A stretch of 64,000 nt of DNA from Pavona decussata. Lineage: Eukaryota. The DNA is taken from the NCBI GenBank assembly GCA_977016875.1, contig CDRNST010000060.1, forward strand, positions 2,356,001 to 2,420,000, in the 5' to 3' direction. A model generated the notes under the pieces. It was not told the DNA's origin. It saw only the letters and a program-made list of their open reading frames with translations, and made no database searches. Positions 26,091-60,963 of this stretch are shown here, piece after piece (within the stretch, counting starts at the first letter, position 1; every line of letters begins with the position of its first letter). A program made the translations under genes and the position numbers.

Positions 26091-26489
26091 AGCTCTCTCG
26101 ACCAGAGGGTTTTTATGTCTTTACATTTACGTTTATGTCTCACTAAAAAATTTTGCTGATTATTGTAACCAAGATGCGACATATGGCGCCAGATGGTGCA
26201 CAAACTGTCCAAACTAATAAGGTCCTAATTTACATAACAAAATCACAATTTCGCCGAAGTCCAATGTTTTTTCTTCTACCTTAGCAATTTAATTTTGATA
26301 TTAAAAATTTAGTTTGAAATTCATCAAACGAAAGGAAAATAGATAAGATTTTCATTCGCATAACAAAAAGGCGGAAGAAAAAGTCAAAATATAATATTAA
26401 TTTAATCTAAACAACACTATTAATCTGGTTGTAGGAAAAGCAGACATATTGTAAGCATAATATAATCTCCCGATCAGGAACATCTTTTG

Positions 26490-29400
26490 AATCTTTTTTG
26501 TTCTTGGATTATATTTTTTCCCTTAAGGTTGGGGGATTTACATTCGGAGGGATTCATATTCTGGGAACTTTTGGAATTTGCTCCTTAAAAATTGATTTGA
26601 GGATGCAGAACGCCACGCAGCTGAGCATGCGCACAAGCTGACAAGTTCACGGCTTAACTTTCCAAAGGTATAAAAACATCAACAGAAGATTTTCTATTAC
26701 ATAAGAACAAGTTTTCGAAACACCGATGTCACCAAAAACAGCCTTTCAAGAACCACTCTCATCCGAACGATCACAACAACTGGAGAAACTACTGGTTTTA
26801 AGCATCTCCACGATATTTGTACGAGCCGCCATACCCGTGTAAATATGGAGATTCAGTTCTCATTCCGGTACGAAGCACGACCCGTACTGGGTTCATGAAA
26901 GATATGTAAACGTCATTTCGCCGCTCACTTCAAATTTCAGCTTTTTCAATCCAGTTTCGTTCCAGAGTAGAACTCATACATACACGATTTATGAAACTGA
27001 ATCCCAGACTGACGAAACACTGAATGAAAGTTGTATCACATTTCCCATTTGGTTTGTTTGCATCTCTTGTGTCATCCGTTCCAAATATGGTTCTCCATTC
27101 CAAATATGGTTTTTTGCGTCAGCAATGCCAGCTACCTAGCAACAGCGCAAATAGTTGCTACACTTTTGTTCCACTTGTTTTATTTTGAAAAATGGTTGAC
27201 AAAAAAGGCAAGCAAATTTCAGACATTTGCAGAAGACAAACCAGAAAACAAAAGAAAAAATTGTCTCACGAGGCTTTGTACTTCTGCCGAGGACTGAAGA
27301 ACTCAAAAGTAAGTTAAATTTAAAACAAGTTCAACGTTGGCACGCAAGCTTAACTTTTAAGCGGCATGCAAAGTTTCGAGCTTACTTTCTAAACTTATAA
27401 GATTATTTTTATTTAAGCTCGCATTTTGTGAAGTGCAAACGGTTACTGTTCAAGCTGAGGCATCGTTCTTTCCATTGAATCTTGAGTGAAAGGTTTAAAC
27501 GGCGGAAAATTATCTCCCGTTCATGGCAGCTACTTTTTTGCGGCCCCGATTGTTCAAAGAGCGGATAACTTTATCCAGTGGACTGACCCATTCACTTGAT
27601 AGAACTGCTTTCTATCGATAAAAAGTCGCAGCACAAAGCCTAAATATTGCCGCAGGTAAGTATCCACCAAAAAAACGGCTATCCATGCAAGTCCGTTTCT
27701 ATGGGAAAATCGGTCACATTCTTTCAGTAATTAGAAAAAGAAAAATGTAAGTTCTTATGACAAGAAAATGTAGGACCTTGGAAATGGAGAAGTAAAACTA
27801 ACTCTACTGCTACTAAAGAGCGCAAATTTATCTTCGAGTCTGCCAAGGAAAAGTCTGGACTGCCATAAAAACTATTTCGTCAAACATGAAAAAGAACCGA
27901 GCCACTGTGTGAGGAATAAAAGTGATAAACAGTCGAATGAGCCGACATTTTAGTTCCTTTGGAATTGATCATCCTTTCTACAGAGTGTGTCTAATTTTAA
28001 AATATTTTATAATTTAAGCTTATTGAGGTTTGTACCATTTCATTCAGAGTACGGCCACCATAGTAAACTTAAGTTTATAGTTTGTATTGTTTATCCTTTT
28101 TTGTTGTTGTTGTTTTTTTTTTTTCTGAGGGCGCTTTCCACAAAAAAAAATGTACCATTTTCGGGGTGACTATTTTTCAAAATTTTGCAGCACCATCCCT
28201 TCAAAGTGATATGTTCGATTTACACTCGGATTGGCCGCTCTGGCCGCCGGGCCAGTTATGACCCTAAGTTCCACTTCTATGGATTGAGGAGTAGATTCGC
28301 TTAGAAGAACATTTGGACCAGTTGCTTGTTGAATGTCGACAAACTTTCCTTTCCTTTCGCTGTCTATAAAGGGTCGATTGATGTTCAAAGTAAGACTTTT
28401 AATAGGTCATCATTTATCTTGAAAATTGAAATCAGTTTCAGAAAATAACTTGCACAAATATTTCCCTAAAATAGGGAAAACCTTTTTAGTTCTGGGCTTC
28501 TATTGTTATTTATTTTTTTATAGGGTTGTGGGATTTATATTCGGGGTATTCAAATTCCGGGAATTTTTAGAATTCGCTCCTTAAAAATTGGTTTGAGGAT
28601 CCAGATGGCACGCGGCTAAGCATACATGTACAGAAGCTGATACGCTCACGGCTTTACTATCCATTCACCTCATTTAATGGAGTTAGAAAAACATAAACAG
28701 AGGATTTTCTATTACAAAATAACAAGTTCTCGAAACACCTATATCACCAAAAACAGCCTTTCAAGAGCCACTCTCATCCCAAAAACCAGAGACACTATTG
28801 GTTTCAAGCAAATTAGAGGGTGACTTGGGTGTTTACATGATACAGTAACAATATCCCCCGGTTCTTTGTGGTGCTCTGAATTCGTTCCCATGAAACCGAA
28901 TCCCATGTCGACTGCCAGGCCACCATACCTGGATAAATCGAGATTCTCATTCTGGTACCGCACCGGGGTCATGAAAAATATGTAAACGCTATTTCACCGC
29001 TCACTTCAAATTCATTTCAGCTTTTTCAATCCAGTTTCGTTAAGTTCCAGAATAAAACTCATTCCCACATCTGAGCGATTTATGTAAATCACTTGCTAAA
29101 AAGTTTTTGTGTCACACAGAACTGACAGAACGAAACACTGAATGAAAGTTGTATCCTGTTTTGTTTGCATCTCTTGTGCTTCACGGTTCCAAATATGGTT
29201 CTCAGCTACAAATATGGTTTTTCATTCCAAATATGGTATTTTTGCGTCAGCAATGCCAGCTACGTAACCCTTCCCGCCCAAAACGTGCCTAGCAACAGCG
29301 CAAATAGTTACTGCACTTTTTTCCACTTGTTTTTGGAAAAATGGTCGCAATTGACAAAAAAAGTAAGCAGGTTTGCAGAAAACTGACAAGAAAACACAAG

Positions 29401-30355
29401 AAAAAATTGCCCGAAGGGGCTTTGTACTTCTGCCGAGGACAGAGCATCTCAGAAGTAAGTTAAAACTTAAGTCATTGTAAACTGTTGAGTTCAACGTTGG
29501 TTCGTAATCGGCACGTAACTTTTAAGCTTTATACTTTTTAAACTTTTAAACTCGCATTGCGTCAACCTTTCCATTGAATCTTGAGTGAAAGGTTTAAACG
29601 GCGGAAAATGTTTTCCCGTTCATGACAGTTAAACTTTTTTGGGGCGCCCCCGGTTGTTCAAAGAGCTGCCGGATAACTTTATCCAGTGGACTGACCCATT
29701 CACGTGAAAAAACTGCTTTCTATCGATAAAAAGACGTAGCACAAAGCCTGAATATTGCCGCAGGTAAGTATCCACTAAAAAAACGGCTATCCATGCAAGT
29801 CCGTTTCTATGGGAAAATCGGTCACATTCTTTCAGGGTTTAGAAGAAAAATTGTAAGTTCTTTAATATGACAAGAAAATGTAGGACCTTGGAAACAGAGA
29901 AGTAAAACTAACTCTACTGCTTCTAAAGAGCGCAAATTCATCTTCGTGTCTGCTGAGGAAAAGTCTGGACTGGCATAAAAACTGTTTTGTCAAACGCGAA
30001 AAACAACCGAGCCACTGTGTGAGGAATAAAATCGATAAACAGTCGCATTACTTGCATTGACTTGTACCTTGAGCACAATTTTAATAGCTCTTTTCAACGG
30101 ATCATGCTTTCTGCAGAGTGTGTCCTATTTTTAAAAACATTTCAGCTTAATGAGGTTTGTATTATATCGATTTGCATGGGTTGAGGTGTAGGTTCACCAG
30201 TTGCTTGTTGAATGTCGACAAACTTTCCTTTCCTTTCGCTGTTTCGCTGTGTCCGTAAAGAGTCGATAAAAAGACTTCATTTAGGTCGGCGTTTGTCTTA
30301 AAGATTGAAATCAGTTTTAAAAAATAACCTGCACAAATATTTCCCTAAAATAGCA
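26490..30355 (+). repeat. Tandem segmental duplication, two diverged ~1.9-2.0-kb copies (~26490-28475 and ~28476-30355)
   Basis: Collinear blocks such as gctccttaaaaattg.tttgaggat, tttgcgtcagcaatgccagctac, gccgcaggtaagtatccac, gttgcttgttgaatgtcgacaaac and gcacaaatatttccctaaaatag occur in both copies. Confidence 0.92.
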
Positions 30356-33300
30356 GTAACTAAATTAATTAATTAATAAATAAATAAATAAAGAGCAATC
30401 CATGAGCAAAGTTTCCTTGAAACGGATTTACCAGACGGTTCTTTCCTGAAGAATGAGAAGATCTTGGTACGAGATTAAGCAAACCTTGAAAGAGCTGTTT
30501 CCTCGGCGCTCCACATGTCGAGAAGTAAAAAAAAAAAGAAAAAAAGAAAAAGTAAAATAAAGTTCATGACTAGGAGCATTTGGATTTCGGTTAGACAAGG
30601 TAAGGAAGACTTTTGTTTTCGACTAGGGACTTAATTTCACTTCTTTCGGCTCCAGTTAAGAATTTTACAAGCACCTATTCCACCGACGAAAACTCCGTTC
30701 TCCAGACCACTGATGTCCAGAATGGCAAAAATTTTCAAAATTCTCAATGCTACATGACGTAGCAATGTGAACAATGGAAACGAAGAAGACTTTTTTAAAT
30801 TTATTCCACAAAGCTAACAATAATTTTGTCCGTCGATATAGAAGTTCTCAGTAGTATTTTTTATAGTTCGTCTAGGACTTTGTTTCAAAAAATTCATAAT
30901 TATACAAAACAAGCACAAAACTTGACTGATTGATATGTCTGTTGCAAACAGTTTTTTCCAGTCGATAAAAGTTATACAAGCTAGCGGCTGGACAGCTCTC
31001 TCCAAGCTTATCCACGAGTTAGCGATTTATCTGATGGATCATGGATCGCATGAATTTCAGTTCCAGAATCCTGATTTAAATTAATACTGGTGGAAATTAG
31101 TCTACAATGAACTCCGATATGAATAGTTAACGAATGCAAGCACGGTTTCGTTTGGTTTAAAAAATTCGAGGAGCAATTGCACATGCCAGATTAATCTGAA
31201 AGATATCCTGTAGGGTGTTCTTGCAGAACGCTGAACGCAGCATGTGGTATTTAGGATTAAACACTCATCAACAATATTTAAGGATGATAATTGTTAAATA
31301 ACCCAACCTCTCGACGCTGTTTTGGGCTAAGCACAGATCCTACAAACGGTTAACTTGTAGTTGTTAAGGCAGACACTTGACAATTGGATTGTTTGGATTC
31401 TGCGTTTAGAGTTCTGCCTTCTACCAGAAACAGCTACAGAACAAAATTTACATTTTTGCTGTCAGCTGCATCTCTTTAGACCCCAGACGTCCGGCGCCAG
31501 TGGCTTTTGAGTTTGCACCAGTTTTGCATGAAAATAGGAAAAATAAACATTTATTTAATTAAAAAAGAAAATGTACTTATCATATGCAGTGACAGACTGT
31601 ATCTTCAAAACAACCAAATTACAATGGATTGGAAGCCAGCATATAGAGGTCTATGGAGCGAATTCCGCCATAAGCAATGGTAACTGACTCCTCCCTTTTT
31701 TGCTTGCTGCCCGGCGAAAATTAAAGACAAAAATAAGTTTAAAACTTACCGACACGCAACGTTCTTTATCAATGAAGACCAAACACACATCATATCATAC
31801 AAAGAAATTCTCATTGCAGTTCTTGAGGGTGTGCTTGTTCAAAGGACTTTTCGAAGATCGAAAACCTGTTTATTGGTGGAGAGAATTTTGGGTTTTAGAC
31901 TTTGATTTGGTTAGACAATATAATAAAATCAATAAGCTAACAGCTTAAAAGGACTAACATAACACTTCCAGTCCATGGACATGTGTTTGGGAAAACTTAT
32001 ATCGGAACGATTTTAGCCACTGAGCGAGAGTCGGTGCTTATAGAAGGGGGAGGTAATTATATTTGGAATTTAACAGTAACTTGTTTGTCAATCGCTCGTT
32101 TTCCCGCCATAGCCATTTTAGTGATCGTTTCGCTTGGCGCTTGACACCATTTGCATGATTTTGTTTCAATCTCTGATTGGTTGATTTCCTTGTCCGCGAT
32201 TGCATGCATTGCATGTTGTGGTCGGTCATTGGGTCAGATGTCAGATGAGATATTCTCCGGGTACGTACGTTGTATTTTAAAAAAACAAAAACCGTTGAAA
32301 GAAAAGCAGGGGCTATAATTTTCAAAATGGCATTCAATTTACCGAATTTTTGCTGTGTAGCCTTTAAAGCGTTTGGCATAATATGAATACGCGAGAAGCA
32401 GTGCTTTAAAAAGTTGTTGAATAAAACAGTCCTTCCCATTCATCAGTGTATGATTTTTAATTTGATATCATTTCGATACAATTCAGGGCAACGAAAAGTT
32501 TAAAACGAGTCACCCAAAGGTTTCCTTATACACAAACAAATATCATCGGATATGGAATTTTTGTAGCGTGATTAAAATAATTATCATATGTGCCTCTTTG
32601 CCTGCATATGCTGCCTAATGGAATAAAACAATTATTGGTCCAAGGCACTTACGTACTTATCGGTACTTAGAGATTATCAAGAAGGCTTTAGGCTAATGGA
32701 TTATGTCACTCAATATGATACATTTCAGTGGCACGAGCTGAATTTTAGAAAAGGCCTCCCTTTGAAAACGTCGAAGAACTGGTTTTTATACAATCTTAGC
32801 CTGATCTCTCTGTATTCACCATTGAGTTGAATTTTTTGCTCTCATATTGTTTCCAGTTAAAAGTACATCGGCTAATTCAATCCGCCATAACTCAAACAGA
32901 CCAACATTTACTTGATCCATCCCGGAAATGATTGATCAATTATCCCAAACCGCAGTTAAGACGTGATTCCTTCTTTGGTGTCAAGGAAACGCATCAGTTT
33001 TTAAAGGATGTTTTCTATAGCTGTCGGACAAAGGCATGATTTTTTTGATTAGTAGCTAAATAGGCTACTGAACTTTTCTGGAGGCCAGTTTTTGTTTTAG
33101 GCCACAATTTGTCAAACCCGGCCAGAAACCTTTAAATCTAAAGATATAGCTACTAAAGTTTCACGAGCTAGTTTGAAAAGTGCTAATTTGACGACGCATT
33201 GCAATTTTTATCTCAAGAAAGAATTCCATACGTTTCTCGCCTGAACCTCACAGGCGTGATGTATGAGAATAACATAAACGTTTTTTATCAGATATAAATA

Positions 33301-35199
33301 TATTGGCTGCATCAATTTTTGGAATCCGTAACACCAGTGTTGACTCGAATGCGTCCGTATCCATTATACGCCATTGAGACTCATTAATGTAAAATCGGTT
33401 GCAAGTTTCTTGCAAAAGGTTTGTAGTGTAAATATTCTGGTGAAATAAAGTTGACCTTGTCGAGTTCCCGACTAATTATAATTCTCAACCAAACAAACAC
33501 AGCATGACTTCCAAACTGCAACAAATCTATTATCGTCGAGTTTTGTCGCCTCCTATGACGTTCTTTGGGTTCGTCACGCATTCCTCTCCCACGAACAAAC
33601 AGCAAAACTCTCTCTCAAGTTTAGCGCTCAACGAATACAGGAACCGCAAAAAGCTGTAATATTAAGTCTTCGGGTTGAAAAATGTATAATGTCATACGAT
33701 ATATAGTCTTGCGTAGAGGTTACCTATTTCCTTTGAGCGGAAACAAAGAAAATACAAAGAGACACTACGTACGCGCGATACGACATAAAACTTACGATAC
33801 TTTCCGACTTGGTTTCTAATCTACGACTCAAAAGTGCATAATTCGAAAAAAGAAACTAACTTCGTTCTTTGAATACAAGTCCTAACTTTGAATCACCTCA
33901 ACTTTTCATGAACAATAGAAACTGAAAAACATATTTTAAAACTATTTCCGACCGTAGAACATAGAAAAATTTCGGCGTGTTAAATTTTCGCGAGTTTTTC
34001 GAAAACTGTCCGAAAACTGAGAAGTGTCCAGTACAAAAGCAGTTTATCGCCCAAAACATGTACGGTAGCCAAAAGGAGGACTTCACTGGCCGATTGCCGG
34101 ATTGGGCACTTGTTAAGGCATGAAACCTAGTAACACCTTGACCTTTCATTTCCGCGGATTAACTTCAAAACGATGACTATGCGCGAAAATAACGAAACTA
34201 AAATCCACTTAAAAAATATAAAGCATTAGGCTACACAGATTAGTAATACATTAGCAAAAAGGCGTGTTTGACACAAACAGAAGAGGAAGTTTTAAGTACT
34301 TTCGAATCCTGCCAAGCTCCTTCGAGTGTTCTCATCAGGTTATATAAACACAGAGAAGCCATGCCAAAAAAACATTTCCTTTCTATGAAGAAAACGACCA
34401 CAACAATGTTGCCAACTCATTCAACACCTAGTAATGATTATGTGCATAAAGTTTGATGCATTTTTATTGTAAATAGGCTGAGTTTTGTGTTGTCCATAAT
34501 TGGCAAAATTTGCTGGACCGTACTAATATAAGCTGATTCGAAACTGTTAGAAACGACAGACTGGGCATGCGTTTTATAGTCAAAGTTTTATTCCTGGCTG
34601 GTTACCATTTTACTAATTAAATATATTTTACCTCGCCAAAAGTTCAAACAAAATCTGGTTATCTCTTCGTCATCAAAATTACATTATTTTCTACCTCGTC
34701 GTTCAGAATTTCGGGGGAGGGGAGCTACTCCTACGTATAACTTAATTAGTATGTGAAGGTGTGAAGGGCATCGTTTTCAAGGGTTTAATCTGGGTAGGGT
34801 AGAGAAATCAGATTGTTTTGGTTTAGGACGTGTATCATTTACTGGTTACTTCATTCGCTCCTAAAATTGATTTCAGTAGAAGGAAGAATTTTGCAAGATA
34901 TCGTTTTAGGGTGTATTGAACTTCGATGGGATGGAGTCAGTCCTGAAAAATAGCGATTCTGAAATATCTAGATTCAGAGTATTGCGAGGAGCCCATTTTA
35001 TTGCATTGTAAGGTTTCAGGCAATGGCCCACCCCCACCCGTATTCTCCGGGGGATAGAAGTCCTTTCGTCTTACCACGTTCTACAGTAATTCAATATTTC
35101 TCCTAAGGAAAAGGAGTGCAAAATGCTCTTTCTAGAATGTCCTTTGCATTTTACCGCTTACATCCGTTCACTATTATCTCTAACACCGACGTTTTCCGC

Positions 35200-35742
35200 C
35201 AGGCGTAACTAAAAAACTATGTTGACCCCGGGGCATTCATTTGGGCGCAGCGAGGCTTGACCGAGGGGCGTGTGTGAGGGGTCTGGGCCGGCTTCGTGCA
35301 GTGCGCAGAGGCCGTGGCACTTCAGAATTTCCCGGCCTCCATGTTTGAACCCAACACTAACATTTGATTTTTGTGGTGTTTGGAGGAAAAAATCTGCTGG
35401 AAAGACGGATTTGAAAATTGGTCAGTCGGCAGCACGGCTTCGGACGGGCTGAGAGCACCTTTTGCCCATGGAACATAGTGGCCAAGATCGACCGAGGGTC
35501 CGCACATCGAAGGTGAATTTCGAAAATTGTGGCTTTGTTCGTCAAGACGCCGTATTTAAACAAGACGGTCAATTTTTCCACTATATTTCGCGTCCGGTCT
35601 GCCGTGGTTTGCGCCTTTTTCACGTACCCAAGGGTCGTAGTTTTTCTGGAGACTGTTAGAAGAACCATTTCTCGATCCGTCAAACTTTTTTGTAGAATTA
35701 TAACCGGCGGTTTTGGGCGAAAAGAAATCTAACTTTACAACC
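35200..35742 (+). promoter_or_regulatory. CpG/GC-rich promoter and 5' leader of MARK
   Basis: GC-rich stretch with a gaggggcgtg GC-box (~35263) directly upstream of the acaaccATG start. Confidence 0.55.
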
Positions 35743-56758
<21,016 letters not shown>

Positions 56759-57074
56759 TGGAGTTACATGCTGCTAATTTCTGAACATCACCATGATCTG
56801 TGAGAGCTGATGACCAAAGAGGGAAAGATAAGTGGTAACTATTGGATGAGATGGAATTAACTTTCTTTCCCCTAAAACATCACAGAGTGTCTGATTTGAA
56901 GATGCTTGGGTTTTTAAGAATGGGCTCACAGGAACCAAACAGTGGATTTTTTTGTTTTGACACGTGCGACCGGTGGAAAATTTTGTTTATTTTGCACTTA
57001 ACATTTGCCACAATGATGCCAAAGTGTTCAGTACTCTGGCAGGTGGTGATTTTTAGTTGCTACGCAGTACGTAC

Positions 57075-57080
57075 AATAAA
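57075..57080 (+). promoter_or_regulatory. Candidate MARK polyadenylation signal
   Basis: AATAAA about 320 nt after the stop; ATTAAA hexamers further downstream (~57518, 57802, 57842). Confidence 0.3.
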
Positions 57081-60000
57081 TGACATTATTTCTACAAGTT
57101 TGAAAAATTAACTGGTGGACCAAAACGTGTACAAGTTCATGTAAATACTCATAGGAATTATTTAATTTTAATGGGGCAGCAGAGGACATTTGGCTGCTCT
57201 CTTATGGCCTCCAGTCCTTGGGCTTGTTGGGGGTGCAGAGTTTGTCCTTCCCTATTGCGTTTTTATTGCCAGGAAGGTCTGTATCTTTCACATGTTGAGA
57301 CTAATGCTAATCGTAAGCTTATTTCCAGACTTTCTGGTGCCCATTGGCTGTGAAAGTAGCCGTTTGCAGAGAGCATGGGTCAAGAGACAAAGTCTCTCCT
57401 GTTCTCTCTGCCGTCATAGCCATGGGCATGTAGAAGCATTGAATGAGAGATGGTATGCAAGAATTTTTAAGGTGTTTTCAGTTGTGAAGTGTTTGTCGTT
57501 TTAGTTTATTGCAAAAATTAAACCTCTGTGTTTGGACTGTAGAGGCAGCACGTGAAGAACTTTTTATCTAGGAAGGCATACATAACTCAGCAGGCTTCCG
57601 TTATGATTTCTCAACTTTGTGTATTTTAAATATTATTGATAAACGTATCAAGCAATGTGTCATGTGAAATTCTCTTCGGTTTTTTGAATCCTTGGTTACC
57701 TTTCAGAACAAGATTTAATTTACAAGTTATATCAAACATTCAAGGGTGTATTTGTACATGCATGCAAAGCGTACTCTATCGGATTTTTTCAGAAACAAAT
57801 GATTAAAATCGTTGACCTGCATTTCACACCTGAAAACAAAGATTAAAAGGCCAAGTCTGGTGTCCTTGCTAAACAGAAATTGCCTCCAGTACTTAACCTG
57901 AAGCGCATTTCTTGCAAGTTATTTGATTATTAGAACATGGTCCCACAGTTGTTCCCCTTTTGAATGGGTTAATTACTTGTTAGCAAAGCGATGTAGGTCT
58001 TGGGAGTGAAATTGGTTTTAGCTGTTGGATTTCTCAGACATCGGATTGTTTGAATGTTTAAATAAGAGGGACCTTTGGGTCGGATTACAGGAAAATCTTT
58101 ATTCACAGACATCTCCCACAAAAACTCCCTAGTGGCCGAACCACATATAATTACTGCATTTCTAATGTCCCATAGATAGACACTTCTCGTGTGGAGTGAC
58201 AATCAGTTACAATCACACACAAACGCTCATCTTTAACATCACAAACGTGGACATCAATCTTAAGTGAACTCTCGTTTGTGTTGTCGGTTGTGTTCATTTA
58301 TGAGAATTTCAACTGAATTTAACCACTGATGATTAAACTTATCACTTACATACGCTCTAGATCATCACTTATCACGCTCAGGTCTACTTTTCAGAGCCTC
58401 TTTCTCTACTTGCAGGAACAGGGAAGGAACGAGAGCTTTGAGAAAGTCACTGGTTTGACTTTCAAGATTTGTACTCGGGTCACATTCGATTTCTTGTTTG
58501 TTCTCTGACCCAAAGGTCCCTAATGTGTAAAAATTGTTGGAACAAAAAGTCAAATTGTTAACGTAGAAGGTATCGTTTTAAGACATGTTTTCGTGATGTC
58601 AATGTGCACTTTCTCGAAAAAAAAATTAACGAATGTGGACAAAGAGGGCTCCTTGTTTTTGCAAATAGCTAATAAACGGTCAAGTGGTAGTGTTAAACTG
58701 TGAAAGCAAGGAAAACGACGAATTTCTTGTCAGTTAAAATATGCACACGATCATTGTGCCTTGCTTGAATTGCATAAACAGCGTTTAGTCACGCAGTGCT
58801 GCAAGTCACACAATCTTGCGCGGCCAACCAGCGTTACGTAGATAAACCTTTGGTTTAGTTCAGTTGATGTACATGTTTTATTGATAAGGGTTTGGTTTGG
58901 TTTGGCTATTCTCGATTCATGCCATGCTCAAACACATGTTGGCTTTGGGGAAGTGGTCAAAACTACTATACTCGAACAGGACCCACCAAACCACAAAATA
59001 GATGGTGGTCCCTTCCTCAACCTCAAAGGATGGTGTCTTTATTGCATAGTCACCCCTCTATCCAGCAGTAAAACATGACAATGAGATTCAAACCTTACTT
59101 TTCTTGTTTATCTAGCAATGCTGACTCTTGCTAGCTGAATATTTCTGTGTCAAGTCAAATTTTAAAGCCAATAAAATTTTGAGGGTAGTTTTCATAAGAG
59201 TAGGAGGGGTCTTTCGATAACGCCCCTACCCCAGACAAGGTGGGTCCTCTTTGAAGAAACTTGTTATGACCAGTTCCCTTATCGGTTACAATTTCCAAAC
59301 TTTCACGGTACTGAGACCGCTTGAAATGCAGCGTACATTATATGCATTTAAATTATGTTGGTTGGATTTGGAAGATCGAAACGAATGCAGTTTATTTCGT
59401 TTTAAACTGGCATCAGAAATGGCAGTCGTTTGGACTCTTCTCCCTTTATAGAGTCACTGTTCCTAATGGTCAGCGGTAGTAAGCGCTGGGAGCGAGGTAT
59501 GAGCCCTTCGTACATTTAAGTTGCAATGAATTGTGGGATGGTATTAGGGATCTATCACACAACACCTTTTTAGTGTCACACCAGACAGGTCTATAAGTTG
59601 TATGATTAACTTGTATTTGTCAGAATTGAAATGAATTCCAGCTCCCACCCCGAATCTCTCTTGTCTGTTACTTTGTAAATATTCTTCCTTAGAATTCCCA
59701 ACTATTGCAGTTAATATAATGTGAGGCAATTTCTTTGTGTAATGGTCCTTTTGTCGCTTTTTAGTCCATGTAGGGTTATCGACAACGAATATATTCTTGA
59801 AAATGGAAACTTTGTTTGTTGTCTTTTCCTGTATGTTAGGACCTAAAGCTTGCGAATTACATCTATTGAATAATACATTTTATTTCATTTGTTAAATTAC
59901 GTAAATGTTTTCTTTCTTTTTTATTATTTTACAAAGGCACCACTTACAATACAAATACGTACACTACACTACAATACCTTCATTACTTACACTAACAATA

Positions 60001-60589
60001 CTTTATATATGTATTATTTACAATGTGATACTTGTCAACACCACAAAATAATACAATCACAATGCACAAAAAAGGACAAAATAGCTAACAATTACAATAA
60101 CTGCAGATTACTACAAGTAACGATACTAAGATCAATGAAATCTTTAAAGGAAGGAAAAAATACGTAAAGGATGATTGCCCTTCAGTCTGCCTCAATGTAT
60201 CCACCTGCGCTTTGATTGCATTTCATGGAACTTGTGGAACAACTGTTACATGGTAGTAGTGATATATAGTCTATTTACATCATTAATGAAACTGAAAGAC
60301 CTAGCTCTATCTTTATCTAACCATCTCAACCGCTAAGTTCTATTTGAAAATTATCATGAAGATTTGACTGTGACAGCGCAAATTAGAACGAATTTTATTC
60401 TCGAAATTCGTAGTCTTATTGGCATCTCTAAAAAGAAAAGTTACATGTTGGTCCTTTGGAGTGTTGGAGCCCTAAGCTGGCAACACCATTTCTAATAACC
60501 TCCTTTCTGGGCTAAGTGAACACTTACGATTAATTTGTTTGTTTTTCGTCTTTTTTTTGTGTGTGAAACATAACTAAGTTACAGCTACC

Positions 60590-60830
60590 TGGGCCCAGTT
60601 GTTCAAAGCTCGATTAAGCTAATCCTGGGTTAACGTGAACTTTGATTCGAGTTTAATTACAAATGAATAAAGTTTGCCAAAAGACTTTTAGTTCCTCAGT
60701 TTTGACGAAAACTTTTTTAGCATTAGCTTACAATTAGCTTTTAAGAACGTTCTTAGCGAGCGAGCTGAAAACCTCGGTTAACTTTTAATCGTGGATTAGC
60801 GTTAATCAGCTTTCGAACAACCGTGCTCTG
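60590..60830. mobile_element. MITE
   Basis: Imperfect TIRs gggcccagttgttcaaagctcgattaagctaatcc / ggattagcgttaatcagctttcgaacaaccgtgctc. Confidence 0.65.
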
Positions 60831-60963
60831 CGGGTTAGCGAATTCCTTTTCGTTATTTCTCAACAAATATTCTTTGTTGTTGTTGTTGTTACCTCAGTAT
60901 ACGAGTTAACAATTGATTAACCAGTGGCCAGCCTCGAATAAGCAAACCCTCGCGTCATGTTAA

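Noticed and set aside
27653-27663. U1 snRNA gene on the minus strand (ATACTTACCTG)
   Set aside because: Similarity stops after 11 nt; no U1 stem-loops or Sm site in either copy.
56795-56835. Hammerhead-like CTGATGA...GAAA in the MARK 3'UTR
   Set aside because: Stem II is only 2 bp, no stem I can be formed, and the cleavage triplet would be NUG.
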